Source of the DNA: an uncultured Candidatus Saccharibacteria bacterium
Lineage (GTDB): Bacteria; Patescibacteriota; Doudnabacteria; UBA920
DNA: 64,000 nucleotides
NCBI GenBank assembly: GCA_964436545.1
Contig: CAYTCJ010000003.1
Coordinates: 3,168 to 67,167, forward strand
Reading direction: 5' to 3'
Shown: piece after piece, positions 19,663 through 28,921 of the stretch
Layout of the letters: the number at the start of each line of letters is the position of its first letter
Position numbering within the stretch: position 1 is the first letter of the stretch
Made by a program: the position numbers and the translations under genes
Notes under the pieces: model-generated
The model's input: only the letters and a program-made list of their open reading frames with translations
Told to the model about the DNA's origin: nothing
The model's database searches: none

Positions 19663-22005
19663 ATGAAGTCCATTGGGTTTATTTTACAAGGGATTTTTAC
19701 CGGCATTTTAACAGTAATATTACTAGTGGTGGCTGGTGGGTTTTTTGTTTGGTATGGTTACCATCAGTTGGTTTCGGCGGTACAGCCGGATATTAAATAT
19801 TTGTTAAATAAAAATTTTCCTGAATCAAGTAAAATTTACGATAAAGATGGCGGGCTACTTTACGAGCTCAGTCGAGAAATCAAAAGAACCCCGGTGCCTT
19901 TAACCGAAATTGCCGATAATTTTCAAAAGGCAGTAGTGGTAATTGAAGATAAAGATTTTTTTGTGCATCAAGGTGTGTCTTTACCCAGTATTGTTCGATC
20001 CGGTTTGATGAATTTTGTGTTAGGCGAACCGGCTTATGGCGGGAGTACTATCACTCAGCAAGTGGTAAAGCTAACTATTTTGCCCAAAGATAAAACTTTA
20101 GCTAGAAAAATTTCCGAAGCCATTTGGGCGAGGGAAGTGGAGAAAGTTTTATCCAAAAAAGAAATTTTAGAAATTTACTTAAACCAATTGCCTTTTGGCG
20201 GTAATTTATATGGAGTGGAAGCAGCGGCTAGAAGTTATTTTGGCAAACCGGCTAAGCAATTAAGTTTGGCAGAAAGCGCTTATTTGGCTAGCATTCCCAA
20301 TGCTCCCAGTTTTTTAAATCCGTTTGGAGAGAATCGTTTACAGTTAGAGGATCGAAAAAATAAAGTTTTAGGTTTGTTATATACTCATGGGTATATTAGC
20401 CAAACAGATTATAATTTGGCTAAAAGCCAAACAGTTAAGTTTTTGTCACCCCAAGCATCGATTTTTGCTCCTCATTTTGTATTTTACATTACTGAGGCGC
20501 TAATTAAGGAGTATGGCGCAGAGCGAGTGTATAATGGTGGTTTGAAAGTTTACACCAGTTTAGATAGACACTTGCAAAGTTTGGGTGAACAGGTGGTAAA
20601 AAGTCAATTGGCAACCTTAACTCAGAAATATAAAAACGCTAATGCCGGTTTGGTGGCAATTGATCCTAAGAGTGGCAGGATTTTAGCCATGGTGGGCAGT
20701 AAGGATTATTTTGCTCCCAGCGAGCCGGCTAAGTGTGTATCTGGACAAACTTGTCGGTTTGATCCGTTTACGAATGTGACCACTGCGCTCTTACAGCCCG
20801 GCAGTAGCTTTAAGCCCTATATTTATGCTACGGCTTTTGACCGAGGCAATGGTTATTATCCGGGTTCTGTAATATTAGATATAGCTAAAAATTTTAGTCC
20901 GCCGGGATCGGTGCCTTATATACCGAAAAATTATAATTTTTTTCAATATGGTCGAGTGAGTTTGAGAAAGGCCTTGGCTGGGAGTTTGAATATTGCCACT
21001 GTAAGATTAGCGAGTGAGTTGGGTTTGGATAAAATCAACAATAGTTTAAAAAAATTTGGTTTTAAAAGGGATTTTCGTACTTGCGGTTTGGCAACGGCTT
21101 TGGGTGCTTGTGAAGTGACTTTGTTAGATCATACAGCCGGTATGGCGGGTTTGGCGAATTTGGGTAAGCTGTATAAAGCCAATGGGATAGTTAAAGTGTT
21201 AGACGCTCGGAATAATGTAATTTCCGAATTGTTTAATTCTGCTACGCAAGTAGTCGATGAGCAGTCAGCTTATGAGGTGGTTAGCATTTTAAAAGACAGT
21301 CAAGCCAGAAAATATATTTTTGGCAATAATCCTAATTTGGTTTTTAATCAGAGAGAGGTAATTGTTAAGACTGGCACCACCCAAAACTGGAAAGATGGCT
21401 GGACTGTGGGTGCTACGCCAAGTTTAGCCGTCGGAGTGTGGACAGGTAATAATAATGGTCAAGTAATGACCAAAGGGGCAGATGGAGTTTTTTCTGCCGC
21501 GCCCATTTGGCATCAGTTTATGGAATTGGCTTTGGAGCATTCATTTAAAGAAGTTTTTGTTCCACCAAGTGGCATTGCTGAATATAAAATTAATCCTTAT
21601 ACGGGCAAGTTAGCCGGCTCTGGACAAAGAGCTCAAGTGGAAATTGCTTCGGATTATACGGAATTATCAGCTCCAAATTTAACTTTAACCGGTCAAGTTG
21701 AACCGGTCGATCCGGCGCTCGCTTATGAATTTTCTCCCGTAAAATTTATAGGTATCGCTTCCGGTGAAGTTTGGAAAACCGAAGGTTTAAAAATTGTTGC
21801 CGTGCAGGCAGAGGAAAATTTTGGAACTCGTGCGAGTTTATATGTAGATGGGAATTTATATTCTAGCATTCAAGGCCCCAATTTTTATTGGCAATTACCC
21901 GGCGATTGGTTGACTCCTGGGGAACATTTGTTAAAAGTTTTGGCAGTGAACCAGGCGGGGTACCGAAGCGAAGACACGGTTAAAATTACAGTCGCCACCA
22001 ATTAA
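19663..22005 (+). CDS. Class A penicillin-binding protein (PBP1A family) with C-terminal Ig-like domain
   Basis: EDKDF, GGSTITQQ, RKISE, SSFK, SLN, KTGT. Confidence 0.93.
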   Translation: MKSIGFILQGIFTGILTVILLVVAGGFFVWYGYHQLVSAVQPDIKYLLNKNFPESSKIYDKDGGLLYELSREIKRTPVPLTEIADNFQKAVVVIEDKDFFVHQGVSLPSIVRSGLMNFVLGEPAYGGSTITQQVVKLTILPKDKTLARKISEAIWAREVEKVLSKKEILEIYLNQLPFGGNLYGVEAAARSYFGKPAKQLSLAESAYLASIPNAPSFLNPFGENRLQLEDRKNKVLGLLYTHGYISQTDYNLAKSQTVKFLSPQASIFAPHFVFYITEALIKEYGAERVYNGGLKVYTSLDRHLQSLGEQVVKSQLATLTQKYKNANAGLVAIDPKSGRILAMVGSKDYFAPSEPAKCVSGQTCRFDPFTNVTTALLQPGSSFKPYIYATAFDRGNGYYPGSVILDIAKNFSPPGSVPYIPKNYNFFQYGRVSLRKALAGSLNIATVRLASELGLDKINNSLKKFGFKRDFRTCGLATALGACEVTLLDHTAGMAGLANLGKLYKANGIVKVLDARNNVISELFNSATQVVDEQSAYEVVSILKDSQARKYIFGNNPNLVFNQREVIVKTGTTQNWKDGWTVGATPSLAVGVWTGNNNGQVMTKGADGVFSAAPIWHQFMELALEHSFKEVFVPPSGIAEYKINPYTGKLAGSGQRAQVEIASDYTELSAPNLTLTGQVEPVDPALAYEFSPVKFIGIASGEVWKTEGLKIVAVQAEENFGTRASLYVDGNLYSSIQGPNFYWQLPGDWLTPGEHLLKVLAVNQAGYRSEDTVKITVATN

Positions 22006-22026
22006 AAAATTCTATATAATAGTTAT

Positions 22027-23547
22027 ATGGCTAATGATAACGTAATTTTAAGGTTTGCAAATGTGAGTTTTGAGCATACGCACAATAAACCGCTGTTAGA
22101 AGAAGCGAGTTTTTCGGTAAGGCAAGGCAGTCGGATTACTTTAATGGGGCAAAATGGTGCGGGGAAATCCACTTTGTTTAAACTGATTACCGGTGAATTA
22201 AAACCCACCAGTGGGGAAATTTATATTACTCCTAAAACCGCAAGTATTGCCATTGCTCGGCAAGTTATGCCGAAAGCTTTGGCGGAATTGAGTGTGCGTG
22301 AATATTTTGCCACTGCTTTTTCCGGCGCAGATGGGCAGAGTCAACCCCCTGTGGAGGAAAATCACGAATGGGAAAATAAGGTGCCCTATAATTTGGATAA
22401 ACTCATTCGCGAAGTGTTTGAGGTGGTAAATGTTAATTTGCCCTTAGAGCAAACGGTTAAAACTCTGTCGGGTGGCCAACAAGCCAGATTGCTGTTGGCT
22501 TATGCGCTCATTCAAAACCCCGATATTTTGTTATTAGACGAACCGACGAATAATTTAGACGCTCAAGGTATAGAACACTTAACCGGATTTTTAATGCTGT
22601 ATGAAAAAACCGTGCTGGTAATTTCTCACGACGCGGATTTTTTAAACGCCTTTTCCGATGGCGTCTTGTATTTGGATTATTTTAGTAAAAAAATTGAGCA
22701 GTATTCCGGCAATTATTACACGGTGGTGGAAGAAATTAAGAATCGGATTGAGCGGGAAAATTTGCAAAACGCCCGGATGCAAACACAAATTAAAGAAAAA
22801 CGAGCTCAAGCCGAAGTGTTTGCGCATAAGGGTGGTAAGCTTCGGGCCGTGGCCAAAAGAATGCGGGAAACTGCCGAGGAGGCGGAAGAGAATATTGTGG
22901 AGGTTCGGCAGGAAGACAAAACCATTCGTGACTTTACCATTCCTTGCCAAGAATTTAGTCCATTTTTCGATGGCAAGTTGTTGGAATTTAGCGCGGTTTC
23001 TGCCATAAAAGCCGGCGAGGCAGTAAGTAAACCTTTGGAATTAGTGGTAAGAAAAAATACTCACGTGTTAATAGCTGGTCCCAATGGGATTGGCAAGTCT
23101 ACGCTGTTGGAAAAATTGGCCACTCATAACGGTGAAGGATTTACAATTGCCAAAGACATAAAAGTGGGTTATTACAAACAAGATTTTAGTAATTTAGATT
23201 TTACCCAAACCGCTTTTGATTGTTTAAAGGCGGTAATGGAAAAGTTGGACGAACACTTTTTGCGTTCTACGGCAGCCGGGTTTTTGTTAGACGGTAAGCT
23301 CTTGGGCCAAACTATTGAATCTTTGTCCGAGGGGCAAAAAGGCCTTTTGGCTTTTTGTCGGTTGGTCTTAATGAAGCCTGGGTTGTTAATTTTAGACGAA
23401 CCAACCAATCACATTAATTTTCGGCATTTACCCGTTATTGCGAGGGCTTTAGATGCTTACGAGGGAGCCAGTTTAATGGTATCCCACATTCCGGATTTCG
23501 TTTCGCAAATTAGAATAGATGAAGTAATAGACTTAGAAACGGTTTGA
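22027..23547 (+). CDS. ABC-F family ATPase
   Basis: Two ABC domains (GQNGAGKS/LSGGQ/LDEPTN; GPNGIGKS/LSEGQ/LDEPTN) and no TM segments. Confidence 0.92.
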   Translation: MANDNVILRFANVSFEHTHNKPLLEEASFSVRQGSRITLMGQNGAGKSTLFKLITGELKPTSGEIYITPKTASIAIARQVMPKALAELSVREYFATAFSGADGQSQPPVEENHEWENKVPYNLDKLIREVFEVVNVNLPLEQTVKTLSGGQQARLLLAYALIQNPDILLLDEPTNNLDAQGIEHLTGFLMLYEKTVLVISHDADFLNAFSDGVLYLDYFSKKIEQYSGNYYTVVEEIKNRIERENLQNARMQTQIKEKRAQAEVFAHKGGKLRAVAKRMRETAEEAEENIVEVRQEDKTIRDFTIPCQEFSPFFDGKLLEFSAVSAIKAGEAVSKPLELVVRKNTHVLIAGPNGIGKSTLLEKLATHNGEGFTIAKDIKVGYYKQDFSNLDFTQTAFDCLKAVMEKLDEHFLRSTAAGFLLDGKLLGQTIESLSEGQKGLLAFCRLVLMKPGLLILDEPTNHINFRHLPVIARALDAYEGASLMVSHIPDFVSQIRIDEVIDLETV

Positions 23548-23600
23548 TTTGTGGTTTTTTTGGGTGTATAGTAAAGGTAAATAATTAAGTTTATAAATTT

Positions 23601-23930
23601 ATGCTAGAAAATATACCACCGAAAGAAGTACAACCAAACATGGAAAGTAAGTGGCAAGAACATAGGCGTACTGAAGTAACCGGAGACGATAGAATACTAA
23701 CAGATGATACTAGATTTGAAGGACCAGAGTGGGAAGTTTTAGTAGAAGGCCCAGCACAAGCCATGAGGGATTATACAAACACACCTCATGACTTACTTAG
23801 AAAGTATAGGACTAGAAAGGTTCGTGGCAGAAAAATTAAACAAGCTGATGGAACAGAAGTAGATATGTGGCATACTCAAGAGCTACCATACCATCAGCGT
23901 GATTTAACCACCGAAAAAAAAGTCAGTTAG
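23601..23930 (+). CDS. Hypothetical protein
   Basis: 109-aa ORF followed by a terminator. Confidence 0.55.
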   Translation: MLENIPPKEVQPNMESKWQEHRRTEVTGDDRILTDDTRFEGPEWEVLVEGPAQAMRDYTNTPHDLLRKYRTRKVRGRKIKQADGTEVDMWHTQELPYHQRDLTTEKKVS

Positions 23931-23937
23931 GAAAATA

Positions 23938-23971
23938 AAAAACCCTTCCGATATTTGTCGGAAGGGTTTTT
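23938..23971 (+). terminator. Intrinsic terminator
   Basis: AAAAACCCTTCCGA/TCGGAAGGGTTTTT stem. Confidence 0.75.
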
Positions 23972-23996
23972 GAAACTAATTTCATATTTTCGCGTA
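23971..23996 (+). promoter_or_regulatory. SigW-type ECF promoter TGAAAC-N16-CGTA
   Basis: Matches the B. subtilis SigW consensus, 10 bp before the ECF sigma ATG. Confidence 0.7.
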
Positions 23997-24006
23997 TAAT
24001 AAGTTA

Positions 24007-24546
24007 ATGGACATTGACCCAGAGATTATTACCAAGGCAATACATAAAGACTTAACCGCTTTTGAAGAAGTGGTGTTTGCCTTTGAAAAACCCATTTTTA
24101 ATTACTTATTTCGGTTATTAGGGAGCCGGTTAGATGCCGAAGATGCTGTGCAAACTACTTTCATTAAGGTGTATAAGCATTTGACTTCCTATAAACCGGA
24201 AAAGAAATTTAGCACTTGGGTGTTTGCCATTGCCACCAATACGGCTTATGACCTGCTTAGAAAACGCAAATACGTTATTGAGACCGATTTAAGCGAAGCC
24301 GATACCTACATAAATGAAACCAAACTGGGTGAAGATCCGTATTATACTGCAGAGAGGGAGGTTAATGCTCAAATGGTGCAAAAGCATTTAAACCAGTTAA
24401 AGCCAGTACAAAAAAACTTAATCCTCCTCTATTATTATAAAGAGTTTTCTTTGCAGGAGATTGCAGACTTGCTCAATATGCCCCTAGGCACGGTGAAAAC
24501 TAATTTATTTAGAGCCAGAGAAGAGTTAAAAAAATTAATTATGTAG
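24007..24546 (+). CDS. ECF sigma factor (SigW-like)
   Basis: DAEDAVQTTFIK, FSTWVFAIATN, EIADLLNMPLGTVKTNLFRAR. Confidence 0.92.
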   Translation: MDIDPEIITKAIHKDLTAFEEVVFAFEKPIFNYLFRLLGSRLDAEDAVQTTFIKVYKHLTSYKPEKKFSTWVFAIATNTAYDLLRKRKYVIETDLSEADTYINETKLGEDPYYTAEREVNAQMVQKHLNQLKPVQKNLILLYYYKEFSLQEIADLLNMPLGTVKTNLFRAREELKKLIM

Positions 24547-24639
24547 GACTTTCGGGACTGTCGTTTTATCTTGGGCAAAGCCCAACCTGGGGATGGTGTC
24601 GTATTCAGCTCAAACCCGTAAGTCCTAACTTAATTAAAT

Positions 24640-24993
24640 ATGAATAAATTTGCTTTAAAAAATTTAGCCGATGAAGCCTTACCGGAAAATTTGCATAATA
24701 AAATTATGCGAAAAATTTTACTTATTAAATTTCGCAATGTAGCAATTCTAACCGGAATTTTTTTAGCTATAAATTTGTGGTTTATTGTGGATAAAATTAT
24801 TACCAATGCTTCGGAGAACCAAGCTGTGCCGGTAATGGTTAGTTTTTTAAAAGAGTTAGAATTTAGCGTGGCTTATTTTAAAGTATTATTGAGTGTCAGC
24901 ACAGCTGTGTTACCTTGGGGTTTAATGCTGTTTGCTTTAGTAAATATTGTGTTATCCTCTTATATTTTTCGGGTTTATCAAAAAGAATTTTAA
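24640..24993 (+). CDS. Putative membrane anti-sigma factor
   Basis: Directly downstream of the ECF sigma; LPENLHNKIM motif followed by TM helices. Confidence 0.6.
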   Translation: MNKFALKNLADEALPENLHNKIMRKILLIKFRNVAILTGIFLAINLWFIVDKIITNASENQAVPVMVSFLKELEFSVAYFKVLLSVSTAVLPWGLMLFALVNIVLSSYIFRVYQKEF

Positions 24994-25055
24994 TTTGGCA
25001 CAGATAGGACTTACCCATTACGTATGTTCTAACAGAGCCAAAAGAAAGGCAAATT

Positions 25056-25466
25056 ATGCAAATAAAAGAATTAGTTGGAGCATTGGGAATTTTAAGTGTA
25101 ATACTAACCGCGACTCCGGCGTTAGCTTCGGAAAATACTACTACCCCCGAATTTAGACACCAAGAAAGGGAGGAAAAAAAGATTTTAAGAAAAGAATATA
25201 AGATGGCGCTGAAAGCTTTAAAGGAAGTTAAACAAACAGCCATTAAAAAAGCCAGAGAAGAATTTACCCAAAGCGTCAAGACTGCCAAAGAAGTTAGAAA
25301 AACCGCTTTAGAAAAAGCTACCACCGAGGCGGAAAAGAACACGGCTAAGGAAGCCTTTCGGCAAACCGTGAAGTTAGCTCAAGAAAAATTTGCCCAAGCA
25401 AAAAAGTTGGCAAACGAGAAATTTGAAGCAGATAAAAAAGTTTTAATGGAAAAATATAAAAAATAA
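25056..25466 (+). CDS. Secreted, highly charged alpha-helical protein
   Basis: Signal peptide ending PALA, then K/E/A-rich helix. Confidence 0.7.
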   Translation: MQIKELVGALGILSVILTATPALASENTTTPEFRHQEREEKKILRKEYKMALKALKEVKQTAIKKAREEFTQSVKTAKEVRKTALEKATTEAEKNTAKEAFRQTVKLAQEKFAQAKKLANEKFEADKKVLMEKYKK

Positions 25467-25537
25467 GGTTTAATCTTATTAAACAAAAATCCTCTTACAT
25501 GGAGGATTTTTGTTTGCACGGGTTTTGTAAATAGGTG

Positions 25538-27379
25538 TTAGTAGGCCCGAGAAGCTTTGTTATTACTAAAAATGGCGTCTTTACCTGTGTCGCCGGTAAA
25601 GGGACCGGTGGAGGTTTGGTTGTAGAGATTTTCGTCTATCCATTCCCAAGCGGTTAATTTTAAGTTGTAACTATAAGTTTCACCTGTGCAGTTAAGGGTG
25701 CATTGGGTGAAATTTGAGGTGTCAGCTGAAATAATTAAGTAGCCCTCTCCGTCAGCCGGAGCAATTACCCCGCCGGACATGATGGCGGAGTTTAAATTTA
25801 ATTTAATTTTAGAAGTGGTAGATCCGTCTAATACGCCAATACCCACAGGTTGGCTTAAGCTGTGTGAGCCATCGTAAACATAGTAGGTAACCGGAGAAGT
25901 GGTGCCAGTGGGTAAGGCACTACCGGATTGCTGTAAACTAATTTCTAACAGGCGCATATTGGTGCCCGATAAACTTTTAGGTTTAAAAATCCCCATAATT
26001 TCCAAAGTTGTAGGCGTGCCCTTACTTGAAGCCGTGGCATAGAGACCGTTTTTATTAAATGAGGCTACGGAAGAAAAGGTTACGGGCTGTTTAATAATGG
26101 TAGTAGTACTCGAGAGAGCTTGGTTTAGAATAGATGGCACTAGATTCATTCGCGAGTTTTCTCCACTTACAGTGACATCGTCGGGTGAGGCTATAAAAAA
26201 ACTCCAAACCGAATTAGCGGAGGCCTCCATAAGCCAAGGGTTTACTTCGGCTTTGAGATTTAAAGTTATAGTGCTACTGGACGCAACGGTTAAATTTAAG
26301 GGTGAGTTAGTAAAGTAGTCAATTAAATAAGTTTGTTCGCCACTGCCACTTACTCCACCGGGTCTGGGCGGTGTTTCGCTGGACCAAGTAGGTCTTACTA
26401 AAGTGGTGGTGCCACTGGTTAGGGTAAAGTTTTTTAAAGTATAGTAGGCGGAATTGGTAATGAGATTATTTAAAGTGGTGCCTCCTAAAATTTTAGCTCG
26501 GATTTTTAGGCCTTTTAATTTAGCTCCTTCCATTCCGCTGGTTTCTTGTAAATTTAGGGTGTAGAGTAAAACATCTTTGGTATCCATTATTACTTTTTGG
26601 GTAGCCGGAGAGTTGGTGTCTGTACTCAGGGTAACGGCTCCTCGGGGGGTGTAGAGGGGACCTTGAGTTTCGTATGGAGTTTGTGGTGCAGAGTTAAGTG
26701 AGTTAGTATTAGATTTTGGATTTATATTTAACGGGCTTAATTGTCCACTCTTTTGGGTTGGCATAATGCCACTTTTGGGTTTTTGTTTGTCGGCCGTGTT
26801 GGCCGGTACTACATCTTTGTAAGCATAACCCCAAGATTTAAAAGTATTTTCAGTGGGAATGCCCATTAGGCCTTCTGGGCCAACTAAAAAAATAGTTCCG
26901 TTGTCGTTAATGAGTACACCGGGACTGTGGGCTTCGGACGCGCTTTGAATGGTAGATAAAAGAGTTAAGAAAGATACATCGCCGGTTTCGGCATTTTTAA
27001 AACTAAACCCTTGGCCAAGAAAGACTTCTGCCGAGGGAAAAGCCACTCGGGCACTTTGGGAAATTAAATAACAAGTGCCTTTGTCGTTGCCTCGGTCGGA
27101 GCAAATTATTTTCCCGTCTTGAGGAGGAATGAAAACACCGGTAGTGAGGGCCATATCTTCGGCAGTGGCTGGTAAAGTGCCGGCAATGGAATTTAAACCA
27201 TAAGATAAAAACGCGCCGGCTGAAGTGTAGGGACGTTTTTGATTCGCCTGTGTAATAAAATATATGGTGCCGTCGGATCCCAAAACATTTTGTCCGGGTG
27301 AGTGGGCAACGGCTTGGGCTGGGTGGTGGTTTGCTAAAAATATTCCGGCTAAGGCCAATGTAATAATAAGCTTCTTCAT
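25538..27379 (-). CDS. Secreted surface/S-layer-like protein
   Basis: Signal peptide; three repeated GTIY/F..R/P..S..F.S.G cell-surface-type units; S/T-rich beta C-terminus. Confidence 0.75.
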   Translation of the reverse strand: MKKLIITLALAGIFLANHHPAQAVAHSPGQNVLGSDGTIYFITQANQKRPYTSAGAFLSYGLNSIAGTLPATAEDMALTTGVFIPPQDGKIICSDRGNDKGTCYLISQSARVAFPSAEVFLGQGFSFKNAETGDVSFLTLLSTIQSASEAHSPGVLINDNGTIFLVGPEGLMGIPTENTFKSWGYAYKDVVPANTADKQKPKSGIMPTQKSGQLSPLNINPKSNTNSLNSAPQTPYETQGPLYTPRGAVTLSTDTNSPATQKVIMDTKDVLLYTLNLQETSGMEGAKLKGLKIRAKILGGTTLNNLITNSAYYTLKNFTLTSGTTTLVRPTWSSETPPRPGGVSGSGEQTYLIDYFTNSPLNLTVASSSTITLNLKAEVNPWLMEASANSVWSFFIASPDDVTVSGENSRMNLVPSILNQALSSTTTIIKQPVTFSSVASFNKNGLYATASSKGTPTTLEIMGIFKPKSLSGTNMRLLEISLQQSGSALPTGTTSPVTYYVYDGSHSLSQPVGIGVLDGSTTSKIKLNLNSAIMSGGVIAPADGEGYLIISADTSNFTQCTLNCTGETYSYNLKLTAWEWIDENLYNQTSTGPFTGDTGKDAIFSNNKASRAY

Positions 27380-27491
27380 AAGCTGATTATAACATACTAA
27401 TTTACTAAAGAATCCGGAATGTTGACGTTAGGTATACTTTACTGGGGTATAAGCTTGATTTTTGTTTTATTTATGTTAAAATATCCAAAGG

Positions 27492-27579
27492 TATTCGGGA
27501 GTTCCGCCAGCTGGCGGATCAGCGGTACCTGCCTCTACCTGTCGGCAGACAGGTGCCGGCAGGCAGGGAGCAATCGGCT
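27492..27579 (+). pseudogene. Duplicated 5' half of tRNA-Asn interrupted by palindromic inserts
   Basis: TATTCGGGAGT + TCAGCGGTA + GAGCAATCGGCT are collinear with the intact gene at 27851-27885, separated by inserts 27503-27518 and 27528-27567. Confidence 0.85.
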
Positions 27580-27595
27580 TCAGAATAAAGAAAAT

Positions 27596-27874
27596 ATGTA
27601 TTGTGTTTATGCAATCATTAGCCAAATAAAAAATAGAATTTATGTAGGACTGTCCCACGATCCCTTTAAAAGGCTTACCGAACATAATTTAGGAGAATGT
27701 AAATCCACTAAAGGTTATACACCTTGGAAATTGTTTTTTATCGAAACTGACCATCAATCTTTAAATTCTGCAAGAAATAGTGAAAAGAGATTGAAGAGCG
27801 GTTTTGGTAAAGAATTTTTAAAAACTTTACCGAAAGAAAAAATTTCATATTATTCGGGAGTAGCTCAGCGGTAG
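27596..27874 (+). CDS. Small GIY-YIG nuclease; stop codon lies inside the tRNA-Asn D-arm
   Basis: VYAI...YVGLS...RLTEHN...TK...PW.L...AR..EKRLK. Confidence 0.88.
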   Translation: MYCVYAIISQIKNRIYVGLSHDPFKRLTEHNLGECKSTKGYTPWKLFFIETDHQSLNSARNSEKRLKSGFGKEFLKTLPKEKISYYSGVAQR

Positions 27875-27928
27875 AGCAATCGGCTGTTAACCGATGGGTC
27901 CTGGGTTCGAATCCCAGCTCCCGAGCCA
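27854..27928 (+). tRNA. tRNA-Asn(GTT)
   Basis: TCGGGAG acceptor, ATCGG-CTGTTAA-CCGAT anticodon arm, GTTCGAATC, CCA. Confidence 0.97.
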
Positions 27929-28038
27929 CGCTAAGCGTGGCTGTACCCCCGCTTAGCGGGGGAGCCACAGATACGTTTAGTGCAGTTAAGAAAACCTTGC
28001 TAGTTGCGAGGTTTTTCTTTTAGGTTTAAAATTTAATC

Positions 28039-28308
28039 ATGTTTTATGTATACATCTTGCATAGTCAAAAAGATGGTTTGTTATATACTGGCTACACACC
28101 TGATCTCAAAAATCGGATAAAGTCCCACACAGCAGGTTATGTTATAGCAACTAAACATCGCCGTCCTTTAAAGCTTATTCATTATGAGGCTTTTTTGTTC
28201 GAGTCAGATGCCAAACGGCGTGAACTGTATCTTAAAGGTGGTAATGGTAAAAAAGAGTTAGAACAAATTTTAGAAGATTATTTTAAAAGCAATCCTTGGA
28301 ATAAATGA
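28039..28308 (+). CDS. Small GIY-YIG nuclease
   Basis: FYVYIL...YTGYT.DL.NR..H...TK.RRP..L..YEAF....AKRRE.YLK. Confidence 0.9.
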   Translation: MFYVYILHSQKDGLLYTGYTPDLKNRIKSHTAGYVIATKHRRPLKLIHYEAFLFESDAKRRELYLKGGNGKKELEQILEDYFKSNPWNK

Positions 28309-28375
28309 TAGGTTAGCTTTATTAAATATAAAAGCTTGTCAAAAATTCAGACTTGCCTCTTATTTTTTTATATAT

Positions 28376-28909
28376 ATGTACAAAAAGTTTATTTTTTGCC
28401 GAGATATTAAAAATAAGAAATATAAGGTTAAAATTGACCAATTAAATTTTCGTCCGGCAGTATACGGACTGATTTTTAAAGGTAATAAAATATTATTAAG
28501 TAGACAAGGAGACGGTTATGATTTTCCAGGTGGTGGTGTAGACAAGGGAGAGAAACTTGAAGATGCATTAAAACGTGAGGTTTGGGAAGAAACAGGAGTA
28601 AAAATAACGTCTGGAGATTTAGTTTATGTTACCCAAGATTTTTTTATTAGCATCCAGAGTAGAAAAAGAATTCATTCCATTCTTGTATATTATCTATGCA
28701 AGAAACCAAGTGGTAAAATTTCGACCAAGCATTTTGATGGTTATGAAAAGAGCTATTTAAAAGCAGCAGAGTGGATTGATTTAAAAGATGTAAAAAAACT
28801 GCATTTCTACAATGCAGTTAATAGTCCAAAACTTATCAAGCAAGGTTATGAACTTTATAAAAGGCTTTATGAATCAACAATACAAGTTTCAATTAGCAGG
28901 CAACAATAG
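28376..28909 (+). CDS. NUDIX hydrolase
   Basis: Nudix box GGGVDKGEKLEDALKREVWEETG. Confidence 0.9.
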   Translation: MYKKFIFCRDIKNKKYKVKIDQLNFRPAVYGLIFKGNKILLSRQGDGYDFPGGGVDKGEKLEDALKREVWEETGVKITSGDLVYVTQDFFISIQSRKRIHSILVYYLCKKPSGKISTKHFDGYEKSYLKAAEWIDLKDVKKLHFYNAVNSPKLIKQGYELYKRLYESTIQVSISRQQ

Positions 28910-28921
28910 AAAATAAATTAT

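Noticed and set aside
27419-27595. N-terminal extension of the first GIY-YIG ORF
   Set aside because: It translates promoter DNA, the tRNA fragment and palindromes; the domain begins at ATG 27596.
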